64,000 nt of DNA from Planctomycetota bacterium (GCA_038231435.1 JBBRLJ010000002.1:145896-209895); one strand, 5' to 3'. Shown: positions 19,628-29,733, counted from the stretch's first letter. Translations and numbers: made by a program. Notes: generated by a model from the letters alone, not told the origin.

Positions 19628-20434
19628 TCAGCGGATCACGATCGACGCCGGCTTAACGTCCGACTTCGGATAGCGCGGCGACATGCGCTCGAGGGTCTCC
19701 ACCACGGTCTGCATGATGGAGAGGTTGCGCACCCAATTGCGGTCGGCTGGCACGATGTGCCAGGGAGCGAGCGGGGTGGAGCATGCGTTGATGGCGTCCT
19801 CGTAAGCCTCCTGGTATTCGCCCCAGAGCTTGCGCTCGGTGAGATCTCCGAGGTTGAACTTCCAGAGCTTCTCGGGGTCGTCGAGGCGGTCCTGCAGGCG
19901 ACGCTTCTGCTCATCCTTCGAGATGTGCAGGAAGAACTTGATGATGGTGGTGCCATTCTCGGCCAGATGGCGCTCGAACTCGTTGATCTGCCGATAGCGC
20001 GGCTTCCAGACCTCCTTCTTCACCAGCTCGTGCACGCGCACCACCAGGACATCCTCGTAGTGCGAACGGTTCCAGATGCCGATCACGCCCTTGGCCGGCG
20101 CGGCGCGGTGGATGCGCCACAGGTAGTCGTGGTCGCGCTCTTCGCTCGACGGCGCCTTGAAGCTGGTGACCTGCACGCCGGTCGGATTGACGCCGGTGAA
20201 GATGGTCTTGACCACACCGTCCTTGCCGCCGGTGTCCATGGCCTGGAGCACGATCAGCAGGCTCTGCCGGTGCTCGGCGTAGAGCGCTTCCTGCAGGCGC
20301 GCGAGCTTGGCGCGCAGCTTGTCGAGGTGCTCGAGCGCCGACTCCTTCGAGCCGTAACCGCCAGCATCCTCGGGATCGATCTTCGCGAGCTTGATGCGAC
20401 GTTTGCCGTCGCTGACGACCACGGGTGATTTCAC
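19628..20434 (-). CDS. ppk2: Polyphosphate kinase 2 family (class III-like)
   Basis: QAMDTGGKDG, SFKAPS, NRSHYEDVL, KFFLHIS and PWHIVPAD; GTG start with an AGGAGG SD. Confidence 0.92.
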   Translation of the reverse strand: MKSPVVVSDGKRRIKLAKIDPEDAGGYGSKESALEHLDKLRAKLARLQEALYAEHRQSLLIVLQAMDTGGKDGVVKTIFTGVNPTGVQVTSFKAPSSEERDHDYLWRIHRAAPAKGVIGIWNRSHYEDVLVVRVHELVKKEVWKPRYRQINEFERHLAENGTTIIKFFLHISKDEQKRRLQDRLDDPEKLWKFNLGDLTERKLWGEYQEAYEDAINACSTPLAPWHIVPADRNWVRNLSIMQTVVETLERMSPRYPKSDVKPASIVIR

Positions 20435-20754
20435 GGAGCCTCCTGTCGGCCGCTGGCCAGTTCGTGAGCCTTGTCCTTGCCAGATGCGGGTCCCCAGCCG
20501 AAGGCGCCTTCCCACCGCGAGCCCTTGCGCACCTCCATCGCGCCATCCACCTGGGCGTATTCCTCGCCGCAGTGCGAGCAGCGGAACGTCGAATAGCTCG
20601 GGCCTGGCGTGGCGCGGACGAAGTTCAGGCACACCAGCGCGCGCTTGCGGCATTCGGAGCACCGCTTCGGCACGAACACATCCCACATGACGAACACGGC
20701 CAGCAGGCAGAACAGGCAGCCGACGACGATCGAGATGACGATGACCGCGGTCAT
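20431..20754 (-). CDS. Small membrane-anchored zinc-ribbon protein
   Basis: N-terminal TM and CSEC…CSHC; 4-bp overlaps with both neighbours. Confidence 0.65.
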   Translation of the reverse strand: MTAVIVISIVVGCLFCLLAVFVMWDVFVPKRCSECRKRALVCLNFVRATPGPSYSTFRCSHCGEEYAQVDGAMEVRKGSRWEGAFGWGPASGKDKAHELASGRQEAP

Positions 20755-21098
20755 GGATGCTCCTGCCCGAGCGGCGTCCGGCCGCGGACCGGGCGCAAGC
20801 GCTGGTCCAGGCGCGGCAGCCTGTGGGGAAGACGCATGTTCACGATCGCCTGGCGTAGGCACAACCAGTATCCGCGCGCGCAGCCGTAGCGGTCGCCCAG
20901 CTCCAGCAGCGCGTCCAAGGCCGGCTCGAGCTCATTGCGCGACATCCAGTCGTGATGGCGCGCGAGGTGGTTGATCAGGTCGGGGGTGTTGGCTGCGTGC
21001 GCGGCCAGCAACCCGAGCGCATGATCGAGATAGGCCGCGGTGCGTCTCCAGCTCGCGGCATCCTCAGCAGGAGCTTCCTCGGAGGGCGCGTCGCCCAT
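20751..21098 (-). CDS. Small hypothetical protein, MafI-immunity-like
   Basis: The WMSRNELEPALDALLELG…YWLCL…NMRL pattern resembles MafI-type immunity proteins (recalled, not searched). Confidence 0.5.
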   Translation of the reverse strand: MGDAPSEEAPAEDAASWRRTAAYLDHALGLLAAHAANTPDLINHLARHHDWMSRNELEPALDALLELGDRYGCARGYWLCLRQAIVNMRLPHRLPRLDQRLRPVRGRTPLGQEHP

Positions 21099-21099
21099 C

Positions 21100-21777
21100 T
21101 TACGCGGGCGCCGCGAGGCCACCGTCGTGGGCGCTGCTCCCCTCGCGCGCCCCGGCCGCTCCTCCGGCGCCCGGGTCGGTTCCGGCGGGCGTGGCTGCGA
21201 AGAACCGCTCCACGATCTGGCTGGCGGTGGTCTTGGCCAATGCGTTGAGCGTCACTCCCGAGAGCGCGTTCTTGCGGTCGCCGTTCGCGCAGGCGATGAT
21301 CACCTGGAAGATGTCGCGCTTCTGGTTCAGGTTGAGCGCGGGGCTGGATGCCTCGCGCGTGTAGGTCTCGGCGATGCGCTCCCACGAAGCGATCTCGCGC
21401 TCCGGATCCGCTTCGCGCCGGAAGCGGTCCTGCCATTGCTCGACGCTCAGCGGATGGACCTCGCGCAACTGGGACTCGAGCACAGCCAGCGCCGCGAGCG
21501 CTCCGGCGCCCAGATCCCCGTGCTGGTACTTCTCCTGCTTCATCTGTGCCGGGTCGACCCAGAAGAGCCCCTCGAGATTGTGGATCCGCGCCTGGACCAT
21601 GCCCGGCTTCAGCCGCTCCGAATGGATGTAGGAGACGGTGTGGGTGCGGAAATCGTAGCACGGCGCGTAGTTCCCGCTGAGCGTCGGGATCTTCACTTTC
21701 GAGCGCGCGCCGAGGACGGCGAGGATGGTGGTGATGAGCACGAGGGCGCCGACGGCGATGACGTAGTAGAGGAGCAT
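21100..21777 (-). CDS. Hypothetical protein with N-terminal TM anchor
   Basis: MLLYYVIAVGALVLITTILAVL followed by a soluble domain; GC3-rich codons. Confidence 0.7.
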   Translation of the reverse strand: MLLYYVIAVGALVLITTILAVLGARSKVKIPTLSGNYAPCYDFRTHTVSYIHSERLKPGMVQARIHNLEGLFWVDPAQMKQEKYQHGDLGAGALAALAVLESQLREVHPLSVEQWQDRFRREADPEREIASWERIAETYTREASSPALNLNQKRDIFQVIIACANGDRKNALSGVTLNALAKTTASQIVERFFAATPAGTDPGAGGAAGAREGSSAHDGGLAAPA

Positions 21778-21964
21778 GGGCGGCTCAGCAGTCGTGGGGA
21801 GTAGTGGATGGGCCGGTGGCGGGCGACAGGCCACGCGCATGCGTGTCCGTCTGGTCCGCCATGCCGCGACCTTAGCGGGATGCGGCGGCGAGGAAGAGGC
21901 GGGCCCGGTCCTCGCGGGGAGCCAGGCCCTGCCGCCATCGGTCACCGGCGGGCGTCAACGGGCG

Positions 21965-24900
21965 TCAACGAGTGAAAGCCGCACGCAGCAAGGCGCCGCC
22001 ACTGCGCGCCGTCCAGGCCTCGCTGAACGCCTCGCCACGCTTGCCGGACCGGCACAGCTCTGGCACCGCGCGCACGCGCAAGGCCCGGGCCCGGCCCGGA
22101 TCGCCGCGCCCGGCCACCACTCGCGCGACCGCCACCAGCAGGGTCGCCGCGAGATCGTGCCGGCCGTGGTGGGCGAGACCGTCCGCCAAGCGGATGGCGA
22201 GGTTCGGGAAGGGCGGCAGATGGAAGAGGTCCTCGGGCCGCACCGGATCCTCGGGCTTGGGGGTGGCCCAGGCGCCGGGATATGCAGCTGCGAACACGCG
22301 GATCAGCGCCGAATGCGTCGCTGGCACTGGGATGCGTCCAAGCTGGGCGAGACCGTGGTGCACGCTCTGGTGCTCGAAGGCGATCACCGCCGCGAGCAGA
22401 CCGCGCTCGATACCCGGCCTGCTCGGCAGTGCCGGATCCGCGAGCACCGCGAGTGCCTCGGCGTGGCGCTCGCGCAGCGCCAGGCATTCGGCGACCAGGG
22501 TCGCCGCGGCCTCGTCGGCACGCGATTCCTCCCACAGCACGCGCGCCTGCGCCTCGGCCTCGCGCAACTCATGGGCGCCGAGCAGCGCGCGGGCGTGCAG
22601 GATGCGCACCGCGCGGTTGTCTGGCTCCTCGGCGCGCGCGCGCTCGAGCTGACGGCGGGCGAGCGCGAAATCCGCAGCCGCGAGGGCGAGTTCGGCGAGC
22701 AGGATGCGGTTGGAGGTCGCGAGGATCGCCTCGTGCTTGAGCAGCTCCTTGGTTCCGGCAGCCGCTCCGGAACGGCTGGCCGCAGCCAGGGCGATCTCGC
22801 GCAGCAGGCGCTGCGCCTCAGGGGCTTCTGGCGGGCAGTTCGCCAAGGCCTCGGCGATCACCGCCTCCGATTCCGCGGTCTGGCCGCGACGCACCATGAA
22901 CGAGGCATAGTCGGCGAACTGCTGGGGCGTGCGCCGATTATCGCTGTTCACGCGCGCCCAGGTCTTGCGCGCCTGATCGGGCTCGCCGTTACGCTCGTAC
23001 AGCAGCGCGAGCTGGCGCAGGAGGCCGGGGTCAGGGGACTCGGCGGGAACCGAGGAGCCCTTGGTCGGGACGGCGCCCTCCTGGAGCTTGCGATCGAGGT
23101 GCACGAGATGCCGGATCGCCGTGGATAGATCGTCACGCTGGTCGGCGAGCACCGCGCCGAGGATGTGACCGGGGACGCAGTCGGGATCCAGCGCCAATGT
23201 GCGTGCGAGTGCCTGCGAGGATTCGCGCTGGTTGCCCAGCGACAATTCGAGCTCCGCCAGCGCCAGCCAGGCCTTCGCCTGCTCGGCCGGCATGGGAGGC
23301 GCGGATTCGAGGTACAGGTAGCTGGCGCGGCGTGCATTCACACCCTCGCGCGCCTGGGCGAACACCTGCGCGATCTCGCGCCAGGGCGCGGGTCCGCGTC
23401 CGATCGCGCCGGAGCGCTCGCTGAACAGCGGCTCGAGGCGCGCGGTCGCGTCCTTCTCGGCGGTGAGCATGCCGAGCCGCGCGCGCCGCAGCAGCAGCCG
23501 CGCATCCTTCGGGTACGGTCCGGATAGGGCGCGGTCGCAGAGCGCCTTCGCCTCGGTGAGATCGTTGCGCCGCTCGGCCAGCGAGGCAGCGAGCTCGAAC
23601 GCCGGCTGGATGGGGCGCTCCGCGCGCAGCAGCTCGGCGATCAGCGCGCGCGCTTGCTCGAGGGCCGTGCTCTCGGCTCTGGCGCCGTCAGCGCTGTCGG
23701 CCTTGCCACTGGAGGAAGCGGCCTGCGCCGACGAGGCGATCAGCACCTGGGCGTTGAGCGCCTTGTATTCCACGCCGTCGTCCAGCGCGAGCGCGCGCTC
23801 CGCGGCGTGGCGCGCGGTCTTGAAATCGTCGTCCTCGGCAGCGAGCTCTGCCTTGATCGCCCACAGCTGCGGCACGTCGTCGGCGATGTCGAGCGCCCTG
23901 GCCACGCTCTGCGCGGCCTCGGCACGCTTGCCCAAGCGGCGCTGGGCCTCGGCGAGCATGCCGAGGATCGGCGCCGAGGACGGCAGCGCGGCCAGCGCCT
24001 TGTTCGCGATGCGCTCGGCTTCGGTGGGATCGCCAGAGAGCAGATGGAATTCGATCTGCTCGCGCCAGGCCCATAGGTAGTCGGGCTGGCGCTCGACGGC
24101 GCGCTCGAGATAGGGGATCGCCGCCTCGCGCCGATCCTGGCAGCGCAGCAGGAAGGCCTTCAGCCCGTCGTTGATCGGCTCATCGGGTTCGAGTTCGCAG
24201 GCCTTGCGGTACGCGGCCTCGGCGTCGGCCGCGCGCTGCGCGAGCGCGCGCAGCTCGGCCAATTCGCGCCACGCCCAGGTGTATTCGGCGTCGATCTCCA
24301 CCGCTTTCTCGAGATTCGCCTGGGCCTCGGCGGATTTGCCTTCGTGGCGCAGCAGATCGGCGAAGTATCCGTAGGTGGTGGCGTTGTACGGATCGATGCT
24401 CTTGGCGTGCTCGAGGTGCGCGTACGCCTCCTCGAGGCGGTTGAGGTGGCGACAGATGTCGGCGAGCTCGTGCAGGATCCAGGTGGCGTTAGGCGAGCCG
24501 GAGAGCGCCTGCTGGTAATGGGTGCGTGCCTCGTCGAGGCGGCCCTGCTTGCGCGACAGGTTGCCGAGCTGGGCGTTGGCCCAGGGATTGTTCGGATCGT
24601 TCTCGAGCGCCGAGCGCGACAGCTCGATCGCGCGCGCCGGGTCCTTGTCGGTGAGGACCTGGGCCAGCTCGACCTTCGCCCACGAGGCCTTGGGATCGGC
24701 GGCGAGGATGTCCTCGTAGAGCTTTGCGGCCTTGTCGGTCTCGCCGTCCTCGAACTCGAGCTGGGCGAGATGGCCGCGCGTCCAGTGGTCGTCGGGATTG
24801 GCGGAGAGCGCCTCGAGATAGCGCGAGCGCGCAGCCTCGATGTTGCCCATGCCGCGCTCGGCCTCGGCGAGCTCCGACAGCGTCCAATGGTTATGAGGAT

Positions 24901-25438
24901 CCAGCGCGAGCGCCTGCAACAGTCGCTCGCGCGCCGCCTCGTGGTCTCCGCCTTGGCGCAGGCAGGCGCCGAGGCGCGCCACCACGCTCGCGCGCAGATC
25001 GTTGTCCTCGATGTTGCCGTCCTTGAGCAGGCGCTCGAGCTCGGCGAGCGCCTCGTGGTAGCGGCCCTGATTGAAATAGAGGTCGGCAAGCTGGTCATCG
25101 GCGCCCTCGTTGAGCACCTCGGACTGCAGGGCGCGCTGGCTGAGCGCAGCGCCGCGCAGATCCTCGCGCCGCACGAAGAACATGTGCCGGAACCGGTGCA
25201 GGGGCGCTGAACCGCGATGGCGCAGGGTGGCTTCCTCGAGCACTTTCTCGGCTTCATCCACCTTGCCGGCGCACTCCAGGGCCGAGACGTATCCGAGCGA
25301 CGCCCATAGGTCGGTGGGCGACTGCTTGCGCAGATCCAAATACCGGCTCGCGGCGTCGTGGAACCGGCGCTGGCGCATCAGCTCTTCAGCCTCCTGCGCC
25401 AACCGGTCCTCGCCGCCTTCACCATCAAAATCTGGCAT
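21965..25438 (-). CDS. Large tetratricopeptide-repeat protein (1157 aa)
   Basis: Many 34-aa repeats of the form A…Y..AL..(D/N)P…WA…LA.L. Confidence 0.92.
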   Translation of the reverse strand: MPDFDGEGGEDRLAQEAEELMRQRRFHDAASRYLDLRKQSPTDLWASLGYVSALECAGKVDEAEKVLEEATLRHRGSAPLHRFRHMFFVRREDLRGAALSQRALQSEVLNEGADDQLADLYFNQGRYHEALAELERLLKDGNIEDNDLRASVVARLGACLRQGGDHEAARERLLQALALDPHNHWTLSELAEAERGMGNIEAARSRYLEALSANPDDHWTRGHLAQLEFEDGETDKAAKLYEDILAADPKASWAKVELAQVLTDKDPARAIELSRSALENDPNNPWANAQLGNLSRKQGRLDEARTHYQQALSGSPNATWILHELADICRHLNRLEEAYAHLEHAKSIDPYNATTYGYFADLLRHEGKSAEAQANLEKAVEIDAEYTWAWRELAELRALAQRAADAEAAYRKACELEPDEPINDGLKAFLLRCQDRREAAIPYLERAVERQPDYLWAWREQIEFHLLSGDPTEAERIANKALAALPSSAPILGMLAEAQRRLGKRAEAAQSVARALDIADDVPQLWAIKAELAAEDDDFKTARHAAERALALDDGVEYKALNAQVLIASSAQAASSSGKADSADGARAESTALEQARALIAELLRAERPIQPAFELAASLAERRNDLTEAKALCDRALSGPYPKDARLLLRRARLGMLTAEKDATARLEPLFSERSGAIGRGPAPWREIAQVFAQAREGVNARRASYLYLESAPPMPAEQAKAWLALAELELSLGNQRESSQALARTLALDPDCVPGHILGAVLADQRDDLSTAIRHLVHLDRKLQEGAVPTKGSSVPAESPDPGLLRQLALLYERNGEPDQARKTWARVNSDNRRTPQQFADYASFMVRRGQTAESEAVIAEALANCPPEAPEAQRLLREIALAAASRSGAAAGTKELLKHEAILATSNRILLAELALAAADFALARRQLERARAEEPDNRAVRILHARALLGAHELREAEAQARVLWEESRADEAAATLVAECLALRERHAEALAVLADPALPSRPGIERGLLAAVIAFEHQSVHHGLAQLGRIPVPATHSALIRVFAAAYPGAWATPKPEDPVRPEDLFHLPPFPNLAIRLADGLAHHGRHDLAATLLVAVARVVAGRGDPGRARALRVRAVPELCRSGKRGEAFSEAWTARSGGALLRAAFTR

Positions 25439-25551
25439 ATCTGCGTGTCATAATACCCTGTCAGACAGGCAGTCCAATACATGCGCCCCTATCTCTACTC
25501 GGCGCATTCGAGCAGCGCGCGGGCCGGTATGGACCCGCTGGCGACATTCCC

Positions 25552-28497
25552 ATGAACGATCGCCTGTGGTTCCTCGCGACCGCATTGGCGGGCATCTTCC
25601 TGCTCTTCACCGGCAGGCTCTTCCATCTGCAAGTGATCAACGGCAGCCATTACGCGCAGCTGGTCGAACAGTCGCGCCTGGTCTCCGAGGTCATCGTCCC
25701 GCGCCGCGGCCGCATCGTCGACCGCAATGGCGCCGCGATCGCGGACACCCGGCCGATCTACAATCTCGGCATCACCTTCGCCGAGCTCGAGAGCCGCGGC
25801 CGCGGGCGGCGCGAGCTGCCGTTCTGGCGCCTCGACGAGCGCCGGCTCGACGCCCTGGTCGCGGATCTCACCGGCCGGGTGCGCTGGACCGGCACGATGT
25901 CGCTCAAGGATGCGATGGTGCGCGAGCTGCTGACGCATCCCGGCGTGGCGGTGCGCTCCGGCAAGGACTCGCTCGACGCCCATCTGGGTCTGGTGGCGGT
26001 GCCACGGGTCGCGCTCGCACCTCGCGGACGCGCCACGGCGCAGGGCGAACCGATCGACGCGGGTCGGGGAGAGGGCGATCCCGTCGCCGCCGGGCCAGGC
26101 GATTCCGACATCGCCGCGCTGGCCGAGTCGGACCTGCTCAGCGAGGATCCGCGCGAGGCACTGGTGCGCGAGATCTCGGCGCGTTGGTCAAAGGACGTCA
26201 TCATCATCGGCGAAAGCGAGTTCGACGCTGCGTGCGCCCGCCTCGACCAGGACTTCAATCTTGGTGAACGCGATCAGCCCGACGGGGATCCGCTCGAGCG
26301 CTCGGCCAACGTGCTCGACCCGTTCACGCCCTCGTTCGTGCTGCGGGTGCCGGTCGGCATCGAGCCTGGCGGCGAGATGCGCTTCGGCGAGCTGCCCCTG
26401 CGCATCCTGGTGCCCGAGCGGCGCTCGCAGGCCGAAGCCACCCTGGCGCGCGTGCTCGGCGAGAGCCAGCCTCTGGTGCATGAGCGCTTCGAGCGCGCGC
26501 TCGCGTCGGTGAAAGAACATCCGACGCCGAACACGCTCTATTACGCGCCCTCGGCGCAGGCCGAGGACATCGCGCCGCTGATGCCAGAAGGCCAGGTGCT
26601 GTGCGAGATCCCGGTCCCCGACGTGCCGGGTGCGCGCGAGCGCATCCTCATCATCCAGGGCGATCCCGCTGACGGGGAAGGGCTGTGCACCAAGCTCTCG
26701 AGGCGCATCGCCGCCGATCTCGGCGCCGAACCGGACCTGATCCAAGCGCTGATCTACAAGCACGCTGAGCGCATCCGCGCCATCACCTGCGAGCGCGACT
26801 ACCGCATCCACCAGATGGCGATCGACCCCGAACGCCTCGACCGGCTTGCGAACGGCCTCGCCTCGCAGCTCACCGCGCTCGGCAAGCCGACCACGCGCCT
26901 CGAGGTCGATGCCGCCTTGGCGAAGGTGCGGCGCGCAGCCGACAAGGAGTGGTCCGGGCAGACCCGCTACGACGCGCTGACCATCATCCCCGAGATCCCG
27001 CACGCGCTGGCGGTGCGTCTGTGGGGCGGGAATTCCGAGCCCCCCTCGGACCTGATCAAGGATTACGACGACGCGAAGGCCGACCTGCCAGGCTTGGTCG
27101 TACAGGTGGACGTGGGCCGTTCGTATCCGTTCCCGGGATCGTGCAGCCACTACCTGGGCACCATCGGGCGCGCCGACGCCGAGCGCGAGGGCGACGATCG
27201 GGCGGGGTTGTTGCCGGGATCGCTCGCGGGCGTCAACGGACTCGAGAAGATCTACGACACCCAGCTGCGCGGCGTCGCGGGAAACCGGCTGCGCGTACGC
27301 ACGCCGGACGGCATCCGCGTGCTGCGCGACGAGCCCGCGACCGAGGGCTCGGACCTGGTGACCGAGCTCGACATGGAGCTTCAGACGCTGGCCGAGGACA
27401 GCCTCGAGCACTACTACGAGCTGGCGCAAGCGCTGGGTACCGCCACCGAGCGCATGGACAAGGCGCGCCAGGTCGGGCATGGGCAGGCAGGATTCTGCCT
27501 GATCGACTGCCACACCGGCGGATTGCTGGCGTTGGCCTCTGCTCCCGGCTTCAAGATCGAGGATCTGCGCACGCATTACGCCGAGCTGCTCAAGGATCCC
27601 GGCCGCCCGCTGAACGACCACGCCAGCGAGTGTGACCAGCCGCCGGGATCGTCATTCAAGATCCTCACCGCGCTCGCCTGCCTCGAGAACGAGGTGATCA
27701 AGCCGACCGAGGAGATCGTCAGCCAGGGCTACATGGCGAGGAAGGGCGACAAGCTCATCTTCCGCGATCACGCGCCGCCCGGAACCTACGATCTCCCGCA
27801 CGCCATCCAGGAATCCTCGAACATCTATTTCGCCACCATCGGCGCCCGGCTCGGACCGACCAAGCTGATCGAATACGCGAGCCGCTTCGGCTTCGGCAAG
27901 CGGGGACGCGAGCACGTGGCACTCGACGTGTGGAGCGAGCGCGGCGGATTGCTGCCGGGGCCGAAGAACATCGCCGCCATGCGACCGCGCGAGCCGCACT
28001 GGGTTCCGCACGACACTTGGCGCACCGCGATCGGTCAGTTCGCCACCGGCTCACCGCTGGTGTGCGTGACCATCGCCGCGGCGGTGGCGAACGGCGGCCA
28101 CGTGGTGCGGCCGTTCCTGGTGCGTCCATCGGGTGGCCCGCCTGAGGTCCGCGACCTGCACATCCGCAAGGAATACCTCGAGCAGATCCGCCACGGCATG
28201 GAGATGGTCACCGAGCCGGGCGGCACCGCGCGGCTGCTGGTGCTCGAGAACGAGGCCAAGGGCATCAAGGTCGCCGCCAAGACCGGCACGGCCGAGTGGG
28301 GCGACACCAACCAGACCACGCACCCCGACCACGCGTGGATGATCGGCTACGCCCCGGCCGACAATCCCACCGTGGCCTTCGCCTGCTACATCCGCTGCGG
28401 CACCTTCGGCGGCCAAGCCTGCACGCCGGTGGTCAAGAAGGTGCTCGAGATGTACTTCAAGAAATACGGCCACGAGGGCCACGCCGCGGCGCGCTGA
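25552..28497 (+). CDS. mrdA: Class B penicillin-binding protein, PBP2/MrdA-like, with large insertion
   Basis: N-terminal TM, RGRIVDRNG, RSYP and GLEK motifs; transpeptidase motifs SSFK (SxxK), SSN (SxN) and KTGT. Confidence 0.82.
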   Translation: MNDRLWFLATALAGIFLLFTGRLFHLQVINGSHYAQLVEQSRLVSEVIVPRRGRIVDRNGAAIADTRPIYNLGITFAELESRGRGRRELPFWRLDERRLDALVADLTGRVRWTGTMSLKDAMVRELLTHPGVAVRSGKDSLDAHLGLVAVPRVALAPRGRATAQGEPIDAGRGEGDPVAAGPGDSDIAALAESDLLSEDPREALVREISARWSKDVIIIGESEFDAACARLDQDFNLGERDQPDGDPLERSANVLDPFTPSFVLRVPVGIEPGGEMRFGELPLRILVPERRSQAEATLARVLGESQPLVHERFERALASVKEHPTPNTLYYAPSAQAEDIAPLMPEGQVLCEIPVPDVPGARERILIIQGDPADGEGLCTKLSRRIAADLGAEPDLIQALIYKHAERIRAITCERDYRIHQMAIDPERLDRLANGLASQLTALGKPTTRLEVDAALAKVRRAADKEWSGQTRYDALTIIPEIPHALAVRLWGGNSEPPSDLIKDYDDAKADLPGLVVQVDVGRSYPFPGSCSHYLGTIGRADAEREGDDRAGLLPGSLAGVNGLEKIYDTQLRGVAGNRLRVRTPDGIRVLRDEPATEGSDLVTELDMELQTLAEDSLEHYYELAQALGTATERMDKARQVGHGQAGFCLIDCHTGGLLALASAPGFKIEDLRTHYAELLKDPGRPLNDHASECDQPPGSSFKILTALACLENEVIKPTEEIVSQGYMARKGDKLIFRDHAPPGTYDLPHAIQESSNIYFATIGARLGPTKLIEYASRFGFGKRGREHVALDVWSERGGLLPGPKNIAAMRPREPHWVPHDTWRTAIGQFATGSPLVCVTIAAAVANGGHVVRPFLVRPSGGPPEVRDLHIRKEYLEQIRHGMEMVTEPGGTARLLVLENEAKGIKVAAKTGTAEWGDTNQTTHPDHAWMIGYAPADNPTVAFACYIRCGTFGGQACTPVVKKVLEMYFKKYGHEGHAAAR

Positions 28498-28501
28498 AGC
28501 G

Positions 28502-28780
28502 CGGGGGCTACGCCCCCTGCACTCGGCCCTTTGCCTCTCAACGGTATTGCGTGATGGGCTGCCGTTCCAACCAGACTCTGCCGCCGCTTCGTTGATCGGC
28601 AGAGACCAAGAACGCTGCGCGTCGGAAGAAGTCTTCAACCCGAGCGGCCTCAGCCGCGAGCGCCCGCCGAGCTCCGGTTTGCGTGAAACATGGGCAAAGC
28701 CCATCAGGCAAACTTTTTCGCCGCAGGCGAAAAGCGGAGCGACAAAAAAGGCACGGGGGTCCGGGGTCGGAGCCCCCGAA
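28502..28780 (+). repeat. Family A-related composite element with inverted hairpin termini
   Basis: Starts GGGGGCTACGCCCCC; 28681-28779 resembles 44510-44608 (ATGGGC.AAGCCCATCA.GCAAACTTTT…GACAAA…GGGGG.CCGGGG.CG.AGCC). Confidence 0.7.
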
Positions 28781-28783
28781 ACA

Positions 28784-29602
28784 TCAAGCCTTTCTGCGCG
28801 GATTGCGGAACCAACGGGTCGACGATTTGGGCGAGACGGTCGCCGTGCCGGGACGGACGGTGACGCTGCCGCTGTCGCACACGATCTGGCGGCTGCCGTC
28901 CGTGAGCATCAGGCGCCCTTCAGCGTCGATACCCGTGGCCGTGCCCCCTTGGCTGGCCGCGCCGTTGGCGACATCGATCATCTTGCCGCGCAGCCAATCG
29001 CGTTGGCGCAAAGGCACCAGCAGTTGGCTCCAGCCATTGGCCGAGATCAGCCCCGCAGCCTCGAGCAGGTAACGCCTCAGCGCGGTCAGCATGTCGATCG
29101 GGGTCGGGACGGCGCGCCCCTCGCTGGGCGAGCAGGCCTCGGCGACACTGGCGGTGGAATCGCGCGCGAACGGCAGCGCCTCGGGCGACTGGTCCCAATG
29201 CGGGTCGAGGTTCAGCCCGACGCCGACCACCACGGTCTCGGCCGAAGCCGGACGTTCGCACAGCACGCCCGCGAGCTTGCGGTCGTCGAGGTAGCAGTCG
29301 TTCGGCCACTTGATGCGCACGCGCGCGCGCGGCGCCAGATCCTCGACCGCGTGGCAGAGCGCGAGCCCGGCGGCGAGCGACAGCTGACGGGCCGCCAGCG
29401 CGCCCGGCAGGGTGAGCGCGAATGACGCGGTGAGGACTCCGGGCGGAGAGTACCAGCGGTTGGCGCCGCGCCCGCGACCGGCGCTCTGGTGCTCGGTCCA
29501 GACGCAGGCTCCATGCGCGAGCGCATCCGCATGTGCCAGCGCCCACGTGTTGGTCGAGTCGCAGCTCGGCAGCTCGATCAACCAGGTCGGCGCGGCGGTC
29601 AT
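28784..29602 (-). CDS. birA: Biotin-[acetyl-CoA-carboxylase] ligase
   Basis: DSTN, QSAGRGR…W.SP, IKWPND, RKLAGVL and GVGLN; no N-terminal HTH. Confidence 0.92.
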   Translation of the reverse strand: MTAAPTWLIELPSCDSTNTWALAHADALAHGACVWTEHQSAGRGRGANRWYSPPGVLTASFALTLPGALAARQLSLAAGLALCHAVEDLAPRARVRIKWPNDCYLDDRKLAGVLCERPASAETVVVGVGLNLDPHWDQSPEALPFARDSTASVAEACSPSEGRAVPTPIDMLTALRRYLLEAAGLISANGWSQLLVPLRQRDWLRGKMIDVANGAASQGGTATGIDAEGRLMLTDGSRQIVCDSGSVTVRPGTATVSPKSSTRWFRNPRRKA

Positions 29603-29671
29603 CTCGCGGCGACGTTAGGGCGCACCCCGCGCGGGCAAAGGGGAAGCCGCGGCGCCCCATGCGACAGCGTC

Positions 29672-29708
29672 GGAAACGGAAAACCCCCACGTCGGGGGAC
29701 GCGGGGGT
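29672..29708 (-). terminator. Intrinsic terminator after rpsU
   Basis: On the minus strand, the hairpin ACCCCCGCGTC-CCCC-GACGTGGGGGT (one G.U pair) is followed by TTTCCGTTT. Confidence 0.65.
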
Positions 29709-29733
29709 CGTCGAGACCGGGTACAGCCGGCGA

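Noticed and set aside
16769..21777. Integron cassette array
   Set aside because: Most genes overlap or abut, leaving no room for attC sites. The one hairpin at about 18299-18360 lacks complementary RYYYAAC/GTTRRRY ends, and there is no integrase.
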